A program made the position numbers and the translations under genes. Below are positions 8,801 through 17,213 of a DNA stretch of 17,213 nucleotides, one piece after another; positions within the stretch are counted from its first letter, which is position 1, and the number at the start of each line of letters is the position of its first letter. The notes beneath the pieces were generated by a model that saw only the letters and a list, made by a program, of their open reading frames with translations, was not told the origin of the DNA and ran no database searches. The stretch lies in assembly GCA_036679645.1 (NCBI GenBank), contig JAZDCY010000070.1, positions 1-17,213 on the forward strand, given 5' to 3'. This DNA comes from Gemmatimonadota bacterium. GTDB taxonomy: Bacteria > Gemmatimonadota > Gemmatimonadetes > Gemmatimonadales > GWC2-71-9.

Positions 8801-9173
8801 TCAAAAGCTTCGTGAGGAACTGCGAGACCGGTTTGGCCAGGTGCCTGCGGAAGCCGACCGGCTCTTGGTGATTGGAGAACTCCGCGTTCTCGGCGCGCGC
8901 CTGGGGCTGGAAACGGTCCTGATTCGCGGTGACGAGGCGCGGCTCAGTTTTCGGGCCGGTGCGGCGCTGCGGCTGGCGGGTCTGACCGCGGCGCTCGACG
9001 AAGTGCAGTTCGCGGCGGACGTGCGGCGCGCAATGCCGCTCTCGCTGCGCTTGACTCGACTTGGCGGAATGGAGATTGGGGCGGGACTGGTTCGCGCGCT
9101 CCGACAGGCATTGGGTGGAATGACCGACACGGCTGGTCAGGCGGCGTCGGCGACAGTTCAACAGGAGTCTTGA
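5820..9173 (+). CDS. mfd: Transcription-repair coupling factor
   Basis: 1117 aa. UvrB-homology region (FAVRGGIIDVY), RID/CarD-like domain (GDYVVHLEHGIG), Walker A GDVGYGKT, DEEH, TATPIPRTL, QLRGRVGR, TRG motif DLELRGAGNLLG, and a TRCF C-terminal domain. Confidence 0.98.
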   Translation: MLPGLLHAFRALPTFRGFTSRLPAQEQQLEVTGLPGSSRAVLVAALAERDPRRVMLVVTGTPGDAERWEADLRVLLGETARLYPQREAFGQHEPHYEIAGERVETIDALSRGATRVVITTLRATVERTPDVAGLARHRLDLGVGFAGRPAHVVEQLEAMGYERTPSVTDVAQFAVRGGIIDVYGFGMAAPARLEWWGDEVISIRSFDLDTQRSLEETGQVTVLPIRSDMNETGARDGNETEGEVGETTTLLDVMPADTLIVVDDGIDERDAARIWDEAEHHVQLAMRRGEDLPGRETVFVSPEAWDARWRRFARLQLRDGVVRDDTGYDFRLIPPEPIDRDMRRLQRLVRLQPTLILCDNDGQLERLEELLSVGDVPGGDFLPAGVTLALGALHGGFVLPDLIVLTDHEIFRRARRIRRARRFRQAMATSASSLTPGDYVVHLEHGIGIYKGIEQIVLGEVDARLEVAVVEYEGGDRLNVPLYRIDQLERYRVPGDDQVPPRLDRLGGTRWRRRRDKTQRAIRQMAAELVELYARRAVTTGFAYPPDTRWQRELESAFLYEDTEDQRTATEDVKRDMELPAPMDRLIVGDVGYGKTEVAVRAAFKAVQSGKQAAILAPTTILAEQHGRTFAERMADFPVRVEVLSRFRTPAEQKAVLAGLADGTVDIVIGTHRLLSPDVKFKDLGFLVIDEEHRFGVRHKDRLKALRLEIDVLTLTATPIPRTLHLALAGLRPLSLIETPPRDRSPVLTFVEPWDDELLEEVMARELDRGGQVYFVHNRIETIGTIAQRVERLAPRARLSVAHGQMRERELDDVMRRFVAGEVDVLVSTMIVESGLDVANANTMIVHDAWQFGLAQLYQLRGRVGRAHRRAYCYLLTPERVDRDAEQRLQILEHHTALGSGYSIALRDLELRGAGNLLGAEQSGYAHAVGIDTYMRWLQDAVRALQDEGAGISYSPPEVTADGGAHLPDEYVPDEDAKLDLYRRLASAAEPGDIQKLREELRDRFGQVPAEADRLLVIGELRVLGARLGLETVLIRGDEARLSFRAGAALRLAGLTAALDEVQFAADVRRAMPLSLRLTRLGGMEIGAGLVRALRQALGGMTDTAGQAASATVQQES

Positions 9174-10597
9174 TGCGTCTGCGTTTGGTGTGGATGTCCG
9201 TGGTTTTGGCCACCGCGTGTGGCGAGGCGTTCTCCTCGCGGGTCGACGTCGTGGCACGGGCAGCGGAATACGAGTTGGATGTTGGTCCACTCGCTGCCTT
9301 GCTGGCGCGCGGTGGAGAGTTGCCGGTACGGCGGGAGGTGGTCGAGGGGCTCGCGGTCATGTGGGTCAACTACACCCTGTTCGCGCACGCGCTGGTGTCG
9401 GGGGACTCCCTACTCGATTCAGCAACCGTACTGGCCACCAAGTGGCCGGATGTCCAGCAGGATATTGCGTCGGCATATCACGAGTTGCTCGTGGGCGACG
9501 CCACGACGCTCGATTCAGCACAGCTCGACAGCGCGTACGCAGCAGGTGAGCTGCGCCTCATTCAGCAGATCCTGTTCGAGGTGAGCGCGGTCAATCCGCC
9601 GGAGATCAAGCGTGCCAAGAACGGCCTGGTGCTGGATCTACGTCAACAGATCGGGAGCGGCCTCGCCTGGGCCGACGCGGTGCGGTCCACCGAAGAGACG
9701 GGCGGGGCTGACCGCGAGGGGAGCCTCGGGGTCATCGCGCGCGGTGACATGGTGGAGGTGTTCGAGAACACGGCGTACGCGCTCGCACCTGGCCAGATCT
9801 CCCAGGTCATCGAAACGTCTTTCGGGTACCACATCGTCTACCGGCCCACGCTGGCGGATGTGCGTGAAGCCTTCAAGGAGGGTGTCGAAGCAAGGCTCGA
9901 GGCGAGTTTCGACGAAGACTATCTCGGCACGCTGCCCGAGAAATGGGATATCGAGGTCAAGCGGTCAGCGCTGCCCGCAGCGCGTGAGGTGGGCAACGAC
10001 GCGGTTCGGGCCAAGCGATCGGGCAAGGTGCTCGGCAGCTATCGGGGTGGTGAGTTCCGCGTGTCAGACTTCGCGCGCTGGTTGCAGGCCATGTCCCCAC
10101 AGATGCGGCAACAGCTCGTGACGGCGACGGACTCGCAGGTCACGCAGATGATCCGCGGCCTCATTGTCAACGAAGTGCTTCTGGTCGAGGCGCGGGAACG
10201 GGGCATTACCACCTCGCCGGAGACACTCGACGAACTGCGCGACGACCTCAGACGGGAATTGGCACTTTTGGGTGCCGCTATGGGTCTCCCGGCCGATACG
10301 GTCGCCAGACTCCTGCGTCAGCCTCCGGAGGCACGGTATACCAGCGTGCGCATCAAGGTGATCGACTATCTCGATCGTCTCTCGCGCAGTGAAGGGCGAC
10401 TCCAACTCGTCCCGCCGTTCCTCGCCGACGAGCTGCAACAACGCAGCGAGTGGGAGATCGTGCCAGCGGGTGTCGAGAGCGCGCTGGCGCGAGCGCGGCA
10501 GCTCCGTGAGACGATGGGCACCAGTGGTGTGCAACGCGCGCGGCCCGTACCGCCGCCGCCCGTACCCGACACGGCAGGGGTAGGTGGTGCGCGCTAG
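9173..10597 (+). CDS. Parvulin-type peptidylprolyl isomerase / foldase lipoprotein (PrsA/SurA-like)
   Basis: The ATG overlaps the mfd stop (TGATG) and follows an AGGAG RBS. Lipobox-like LATAC. Rotamase motif GSLGVIARGDMVEVFENTAYALAPGQISQVIETSFGYHIV. Confidence 0.85.
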   Translation: MRLRLVWMSVVLATACGEAFSSRVDVVARAAEYELDVGPLAALLARGGELPVRREVVEGLAVMWVNYTLFAHALVSGDSLLDSATVLATKWPDVQQDIASAYHELLVGDATTLDSAQLDSAYAAGELRLIQQILFEVSAVNPPEIKRAKNGLVLDLRQQIGSGLAWADAVRSTEETGGADREGSLGVIARGDMVEVFENTAYALAPGQISQVIETSFGYHIVYRPTLADVREAFKEGVEARLEASFDEDYLGTLPEKWDIEVKRSALPAAREVGNDAVRAKRSGKVLGSYRGGEFRVSDFARWLQAMSPQMRQQLVTATDSQVTQMIRGLIVNEVLLVEARERGITTSPETLDELRDDLRRELALLGAAMGLPADTVARLLRQPPEARYTSVRIKVIDYLDRLSRSEGRLQLVPPFLADELQQRSEWEIVPAGVESALARARQLRETMGTSGVQRARPVPPPPVPDTAGVGGAR

Positions 10598-11909
10598 CCC
10601 GATCGCGTTCGCCGTGATGCTCTCAGGGGTCGCGGCGGCATCGGTGGCGGCGCAGGATAGCGCCTTCGTCGAGGTCGATCGGATCGCCGCGGTGGTGGGA
10701 TCGAAGCCAATTCCGATGTCGCGCGTCATCGAGGAGCTGAACCTGCTCTTCGCCGAGTACACCAGGACCGGCCGTCCCATCCCCACCGATCCAGATCAGA
10801 TCAACGCGATGCGACGCGAGATGCTCGATCGCCTCATCGAGGACGAATTGCTCGTGCAGCAGGCGCTGCGCGACACGCTGGTCGCGGTTACGTCCCAACA
10901 GGTGCAGACGGCGGCGGAAACGGCCGTCCGGCAGACGCGCAGCCAGTTCGCGTCCGAACTGGAGTATCGACGCCAACTGCAGCGCGCCGGGCTGGGCACG
11001 CCGGATGAGTATCGGCGCTATATCACCGACCAAACGCGGCGTGAGCTGCTCAAGCAGAACCTGATCGAGAGTCTCCGCCAACGCGGAGAACTGCGGCAGA
11101 TTCCTCCCAACGAGGAAGAGTTGCGTGCATACTTCGAGCAGACACGTGCGCAGCAGCCACGCCGTCCGGCCACCGTGACGTTCCGGCAGATCGTCATCCG
11201 TCCGGCCCCGACACGTGTTGCCGATTCGGTGTCCCGCGCTCGTGCCGACTCGGTTGCCCGCGCGCTGCGCAACGGCGCCGATTTCGCAACCGCCGCCCGG
11301 CGGTTCTCTGATGATGTCGCGACGCGCGAACAGGGAGGTGAGCTGGGATGGTTCCGGCGCGGGCAGATGGTGCGCGAGTTCGATGCCATCGCATTCCGGC
11401 TGCGCCCGGGGCAGATATCCAATCCCGTCCGGTCGCCGTTCGGATACCATGTCATCGAGGTCGAGCGCGTCGAGCCAGCGGAGATCCGGGCGCGTCATGT
11501 GCTGTTCTCCCCTGAGATCACCGACACCGATCGTGCCGTATCCAGATCGCTCGCCGATTCGGTGGCCGCACTTCTGCGCGCGGGCGCGCGCTTCGACTCG
11601 TTGTCACGCGAGCACCACGACGCAATCGAGCAAAGCCTCTTCGAGACGGTCATAACGCAGGATCTGTTTCCGTCCTACCGCGCCGCGGTGGCGGACGCGG
11701 AGCCAGGGTCGATCCTCGGCCCAATAGAGGTCACGGAAAACGGGCTGCCGCGCTATGCTGTCCTGCTGTTCGTCGAAGCGTTACCGGAAGGGGAGTACAC
11801 GTACGAGGAGTTACGTGACCGGATGCGTGCCCTCCTCAGCGAGGGCAGCGGTAGGCGGCGGCTGGTCGAGGAGCTACGCAAGGCGACGTACGTGGAGATC
11901 AAGATATAG
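10584..11909 (+). CDS. surA: SurA-like periplasmic chaperone / peptidylprolyl isomerase
   Basis: Signal peptide and SurA N-terminus (VDRIAAVVG...LDRLIEDELLVQQA). Parvulin domain FATAARRFSDD...GGELGWF...GYHVI, then a second degenerate parvulin domain. C-terminus ELRKATYVEI. It sits upstream of pdxA, as surA commonly does. Confidence 0.82.
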   Translation: MVRASPIAFAVMLSGVAAASVAAQDSAFVEVDRIAAVVGSKPIPMSRVIEELNLLFAEYTRTGRPIPTDPDQINAMRREMLDRLIEDELLVQQALRDTLVAVTSQQVQTAAETAVRQTRSQFASELEYRRQLQRAGLGTPDEYRRYITDQTRRELLKQNLIESLRQRGELRQIPPNEEELRAYFEQTRAQQPRRPATVTFRQIVIRPAPTRVADSVSRARADSVARALRNGADFATAARRFSDDVATREQGGELGWFRRGQMVREFDAIAFRLRPGQISNPVRSPFGYHVIEVERVEPAEIRARHVLFSPEITDTDRAVSRSLADSVAALLRAGARFDSLSREHHDAIEQSLFETVITQDLFPSYRAAVADAEPGSILGPIEVTENGLPRYAVLLFVEALPEGEYTYEELRDRMRALLSEGSGRRRLVEELRKATYVEIKI

Positions 11910-11911
11910 CT

Positions 11912-11951
11912 GCTCAGTCGCTCAGTCGCTCAGTTGCTCAGGTGCTCAGGT
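11912..11951 (+). repeat. Tandem 8-bp repeat, 5 copies of GCTCAGNN
   Basis: The units are GCTCAGTC, GCTCAGTC, GCTCAGTT, GCTCAGGT and GCTCAGGT, filling the surA-pdxA intergenic gap. Confidence 0.92.
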
Positions 11952-12828
11952 GCAGCCACACATAGCCATTACCGTGGGGGATCCACGGGGGATTGGGCCG
12001 GAGGTCGTTCGGAAGGTACTGGACGATCCCCCGGACGGTGCGACATATGTCGTGCTGGGGACGCCGCGCGCGGATGGCGACCCGCTTCCCGCCGACATGA
12101 CGGCGGTCGAGGCCGGTCACGAGGTGCGCGCGCAGATCGAGCGGGCGGTCGACCTGGTCACCAATGGCGACGTCGACGCGATCGTGACGGGTCCCGCCGA
12201 GAAGTACGCGCTTTCCCTTGCCGGGGTCGAGCATCCTGGGCATACGGAGTGGCTCGCCGCGCTGAGCGGAACGCCCGATGTTGCGATGATGCTCACCGCC
12301 GATCGGCTGCGGGTCGTGTTGGTCACTACCCACATGCCGCTGCGTGACGTTCCGGCCGCCCTAACACCTGAGCGTGTGGTTCGCGTTGGTGAGATCGCGC
12401 GGACCGCACTGTGTGACGGATGGGATCTTGCCTATCCGCGCCTTGCTCTGTGCGCCGTAAACCCGCATGCCGGCGACCACGGTCTCTTTGGACGCGAGGA
12501 CGACGAGGTGCTGGCGCCGGCCGCCGCGACGCTTGGAGCCGCCGGCCCGATCCCGGCGGACACCGTATTCGTACGCGCGATTCGGGGAGAGTTCGATGCA
12601 GTGCTGGTGCCGTATCACGATGTTGGAATGACTGCCGTCAAAGTGCACGGGTTTGGGCGCGGCGTGAACGTGACTCTAGGCTTGCCGTTCATCCGCACGG
12701 CGCCGGATCACGGAACCGCATTCGATATCGCCGGTAGAGGCACGGCCGATCCCGAATCCATGCGCGAAGCCGTGCGGCTGGCTGTCCGGCTGGCGGGTCG
12801 GCGTGCCCCAACACCTAAGAGCCGCTAG
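11950..12828 (+). CDS. pdxA: 4-hydroxythreonine-4-phosphate dehydrogenase
   Basis: GTG start at 11950. Motifs IAITVGDPRGIGPE, GHTE, TTHMPL, NPHAG, GPIPADT, YHD, VNVTLGLPFIRTAPDHGTAFDIAG. Confidence 0.94.
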   Translation: MQPHIAITVGDPRGIGPEVVRKVLDDPPDGATYVVLGTPRADGDPLPADMTAVEAGHEVRAQIERAVDLVTNGDVDAIVTGPAEKYALSLAGVEHPGHTEWLAALSGTPDVAMMLTADRLRVVLVTTHMPLRDVPAALTPERVVRVGEIARTALCDGWDLAYPRLALCAVNPHAGDHGLFGREDDEVLAPAAATLGAAGPIPADTVFVRAIRGEFDAVLVPYHDVGMTAVKVHGFGRGVNVTLGLPFIRTAPDHGTAFDIAGRGTADPESMREAVRLAVRLAGRRAPTPKSR

Positions 12829-12839
12829 CTTTTCATACC

Positions 12840-13751
12840 ATGTCCACTGCACCACCCGTGTCGGGAGTCGATTGCGCGCACAGAGCGGGCGGGCTGGCGG
12901 ATCACGCCCGCGGGCTGCGCCTCGCGCTGCTGATCACCTTCGCGTTCATGATCGTCGAGGCGATCGGCGGGTTTCTCGCGAACTCGCTCGCGCTCATGGC
13001 GGACGCCGGACACATGTTGGGCGATGCGGCTTCGCTGGGGCTCGCGCTATTCGCTGCGTGGGTATCTCAGCGCCCCGCCACCCCGGAGAAGACCTACGGT
13101 TATCTGCGGCTGGAGATCCTGGCCGCCTTCGTGAACGGCGTGACGCTCGTCGCGCTCGCGGGTGTGATCGTCTGGCAGGCAATCGAGCGGTTGAGTGCGC
13201 CACCCCGGGTCGAACCAGGCGTCATGTTGATCGTTGCGTTCGTGGGGCTCATGGCGAACCTCGCGGCCATGCGGATGCTGCACGGCGGCCATCAACACTC
13301 GCTCAATATTCGTGGTGCCTATCTCCACGTCGTGGGGGATCTGTTGGGATCGGTTGGGACGTTGGTGGCGGGAGGTATCATTCTGGTCACCGGCTGGACG
13401 CTTGCCGATCCCGTGATCTCGCTCGTCATTGCGTTGCTGATTTTGGTCGGCGCGTGGCGGTTGCTCTCCGAGAGTGTGGACGTATTGCTGGAAGCCACGC
13501 CGCGACACATCGCGCTCAATGAGGTCCAGCGTCACATCGCGACGATCCCCGGTGTCTCGGACGTCCACGATCTCCACGTGTGGACTGTCACGTCGGGCGT
13601 CGTCGCCATGACCGGCCACGCCGTGATCGACGACCCGGCACGTGCGCAGTCGGTTCTCGAGACGCTCGCGCGCCGCATGGCCGAACTGGGTATTCAGCAC
13701 GTCACCGTGCAGTTGGAGGAAGAACGAATGTGTGACGAGGTGGGAATCTGA
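12840..13751 (+). CDS. Cation diffusion facilitator (CzcD/ZitB-like Zn/Co/Cd exporter)
   Basis: Six predicted TM helices. Motifs [44 protein letters not shown] and HVTVQLE. Confidence 0.95.
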   Translation: MSTAPPVSGVDCAHRAGGLADHARGLRLALLITFAFMIVEAIGGFLANSLALMADAGHMLGDAASLGLALFAAWVSQRPATPEKTYGYLRLEILAAFVNGVTLVALAGVIVWQAIERLSAPPRVEPGVMLIVAFVGLMANLAAMRMLHGGHQHSLNIRGAYLHVVGDLLGSVGTLVAGGIILVTGWTLADPVISLVIALLILVGAWRLLSESVDVLLEATPRHIALNEVQRHIATIPGVSDVHDLHVWTVTSGVVAMTGHAVIDDPARAQSVLETLARRMAELGIQHVTVQLEEERMCDEVGI

Positions 13752-15616
13752 TGGGCATCAGGAACATTGCCATCATCGCGCACGTCGATCACGGTAAGAC
13801 GACCCTCGTCGATAAGATGTTGCGGCAGACGGGTGCGTTCCGGGCCGACCAACAGGTCCAGGAGCGTGTGATGGACTCGAATCCGCTCGAGCGGGAACGC
13901 GGCATCACGATCCTGTCGAAGAACACCGCGGTGCGTTGGGGCGAGACGAAGATCAACATCGTCGATACACCCGGGCACGCGGATTTTGGGGGCGAGGTCG
14001 AGCGAATCTTGCGGATGGTGGACGGCGTGTTGTTGCTCGTCGATGCCGCCGAAGGCCCCATGCCGCAGACGCGGTTCGTGACACGCAAGGCGTTAGAACT
14101 CGGTCTCCAGCCAATCGTGGTGATCAACAAGATCGATCGCGCGGATCAGCGGGCGTTGGAGGTACACGACGAGGTGTTGGAGCTGTTCATGGAACTCGAC
14201 GCGACCGAGGCACAGCTCGATGCTCCGTTCCTCTACGCATGCGCGCGCGCAGGCGTCGCGTTCACGGAGTTGTCGTCGACTGCTGAGGCCCTCGAGCCGG
14301 ACGGCGGTGACCTCGCACCCCTTTTTGCGGCAATAGTGGAGACGGTGCCGCCTCCGACTGCCGGCGACGGGCCCTTCCAGCTGTTGGTGTCGACCATAGA
14401 CCACTCATCGTATGTGGGCCGGATTGCGGTCGGCCGCATCGAACGCGGCCGGGTGCGGTACGGGCAGGATGTGCGGCTGCTCCCGTTGGGAGATCCCGGG
14501 CTCCTGAGCGGCGACGAGGGACGGACCGCGCGGGTAGCGCGGCTCTACACGTTCCAGAATCTGGAGCGCGTTGAGGTGGATGAGGCGGCGCCGGGTGACA
14601 TCGTCGCGTTGGCTGGTCTCGAGGGGATCGAGATCGGGATGACGGTCACCGATCCGGTCCGGCCCGAGCGGTTGCGCGGGATCGCGGTGGAGGAGCCCAC
14701 GATTTCGGTCGATATATCGGCCAGCAGCTCCCCGTTCCAGGGCCGGTCGGGGCGTTTCGTCACGTCACGCCAGGTGCGGGAGCGACTCTTCCGGGAACTC
14801 GAGCGGAACGTCGCGCTGCGGGTCGCGGAGACGGACCGCCCGGACGTGCTCACCGTCTCGGGGCGGGGGGAGCTTCACCTGGGGATTCTCATGGAGACCA
14901 TGCGGCGCGAGGGTTACGAGTTTCAGGTCAGCCGGCCGCGGGTGATCACCCGGCAGGGGCCGGACGGGAGCCGGCTCGAGCCGTATGAGGAGTTGGTGGT
15001 AGAGGTGCGGGATGATCTCGTTGGCACGGTCATCGAGAAGCTCGGGCCGCGCCGCGGTGAGGTCAGCGAGTTGAAGCCGGCGGGCGGTGGCAAGACGCGC
15101 TTGCGGTTCCGGATTCCATCGCGGGGTCTGTTCGGATACCGTTCGGGCTTCTTGACCGACACGCGCGGCGACGGAATCATGCACCATCGGTTCCTGGAAT
15201 ACGGGCCGTGGGCTGGCCCGCTGGCGGGCCGCCGGCGTGGTGTGTTGGTGGCGGACCGGGCTGGTGAGGCGGTGGGCTACGCCATCTTCAACTTGCAGGA
15301 ACGGGCGACCATGTTTGTGCGGCCGGGCCAGCCGGTGTATGCCGGCATGATCGTGGGAGAGAACGCGCGCGTGGACGACATGGAAGTGAACATTACGAAG
15401 GAGAAGAAACTCAGCAACATGCGCACGACCGCGACGGACGAGATGATCCGTCTCGAGCCGCCGCGGGAGGTAGGCCTTGAGCTGGCGCTCGAGTATATCG
15501 AGGAGGACGAACTGATCGAAGTGACGCCGGATGCCATTCGCCTGCGAAAGCGGGCCTTGGATGCCGCGGAACGCCGCAAGGCAGGGCGTGCAGCCGCACG
15601 TACAGCGGACACATAG
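13751..15616 (+). CDS. typA: Translational GTPase TypA/BipA
   Basis: Motifs [51 protein letters not shown], and the BipA C-terminal KKLSNMR...[11 protein letters not shown]. The start overlaps the CDF stop (TGATG). Confidence 0.98.
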   Translation: MGIRNIAIIAHVDHGKTTLVDKMLRQTGAFRADQQVQERVMDSNPLERERGITILSKNTAVRWGETKINIVDTPGHADFGGEVERILRMVDGVLLLVDAAEGPMPQTRFVTRKALELGLQPIVVINKIDRADQRALEVHDEVLELFMELDATEAQLDAPFLYACARAGVAFTELSSTAEALEPDGGDLAPLFAAIVETVPPPTAGDGPFQLLVSTIDHSSYVGRIAVGRIERGRVRYGQDVRLLPLGDPGLLSGDEGRTARVARLYTFQNLERVEVDEAAPGDIVALAGLEGIEIGMTVTDPVRPERLRGIAVEEPTISVDISASSSPFQGRSGRFVTSRQVRERLFRELERNVALRVAETDRPDVLTVSGRGELHLGILMETMRREGYEFQVSRPRVITRQGPDGSRLEPYEELVVEVRDDLVGTVIEKLGPRRGEVSELKPAGGGKTRLRFRIPSRGLFGYRSGFLTDTRGDGIMHHRFLEYGPWAGPLAGRRRGVLVADRAGEAVGYAIFNLQERATMFVRPGQPVYAGMIVGENARVDDMEVNITKEKKLSNMRTTATDEMIRLEPPREVGLELALEYIEEDELIEVTPDAIRLRKRALDAAERRKAGRAAARTADT

Positions 15617-15640
15617 TGTGAACCGGACGTGGAGGAAACG

Positions 15641-16823
<1,183 letters not shown>

Positions 16824-17213
16824 GGCTACCAGCGCCGAAACATTCTCCACCTTGCGCGCCCACCGGGCGTCCAGGAACGTCGCGTCTAAGTACAGGTACG
16901 GATGTTCACCTTCGATCGGCGCCCGCCTGAGCGCCGCCACCTGCTCATCCAACCGCTCGACCACCCGGCTCACCGTCGAGCGCGACACGCGCTCGCCCAG
17001 CAACGCCTCGGTCAGCTCGCTCGCCTTGCGATGCGAGACCCCAGCGACGTACGCCTCCGTGAGCAGCGCATCCACCTCAGCGCTGCGCCGGCGGTAGCGC
17101 CAACCACATGACTCACCGACCCGCTCCCTCGGCTACGCGGCACCGTGACCTCAATCTGCCCCAGGCTCGTCAACAACCGCCGCACGTAAGTACCGTTGCG
17201 TCGATCGCGGCGC
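16824..17213 (-). pseudogene. IS256-family (mutator-type) transposase, frameshifted and C-terminally truncated
   Basis: One frame reads RDRRNGTYVRRLLTSLGQIEVTVPR. After a frame change near 17100 it continues RYRRRSAEVDALLTEAYVAGVSHRKASELTEALLGERVSRSTVSR...YLYLDATFLDARWARKVENVSALVA. Similarity then stops at ~16824. Confidence 0.9.

Noticed and set aside
11755..11949. Apparent 65-aa N-terminal extension of PdxA in the ORF track
   Set aside because: It overlaps the surA 3' end and the tandem repeat. PdxA similarity begins only at the GTG at 11950.
11912..11951. Tandem repeat considered as a CRISPR array
   Set aside because: The units are 8 bp with no spacers, and no cas genes are present.

Overview
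High-GC bacterial window. The gene order and protein types resemble Gemmatimonadota, but this is an inference. The left edge holds the 3' end of an IS5-family transposase and its terminal sequence. Two minus-strand genes follow: a secreted M28 peptidase and a DUF4384-type protein with a CxxCH motif, the latter preceded by a good sigma-54 promoter and an AT-rich IHF-like tract. A tightly packed plus-strand housekeeping run comes next: DUF58, BatA/VWA membrane protein, mfd, lipoprotein parvulin foldase, SurA-like foldase, pdxA, CDF metal exporter, typA. After it lie a small, very acidic ORF and a stand-alone tRNA-Ile(GAT). The tRNA borders a decayed integrative element. This element has an N-terminally truncated tyrosine recombinase whose frame runs without a stop into the antisense tRNA, joined directly to a frameshifted, truncated IS256-family transposase at the right edge. 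The most notable observations are the integrase/tRNA/acidic-ORF three-way overlap, the sigma-54-controlled putative haem-binding DUF4384 protein, and an 8-bp tandem array filling the surA-pdxA gap. All calls come from reading motifs by eye; no searches were run.
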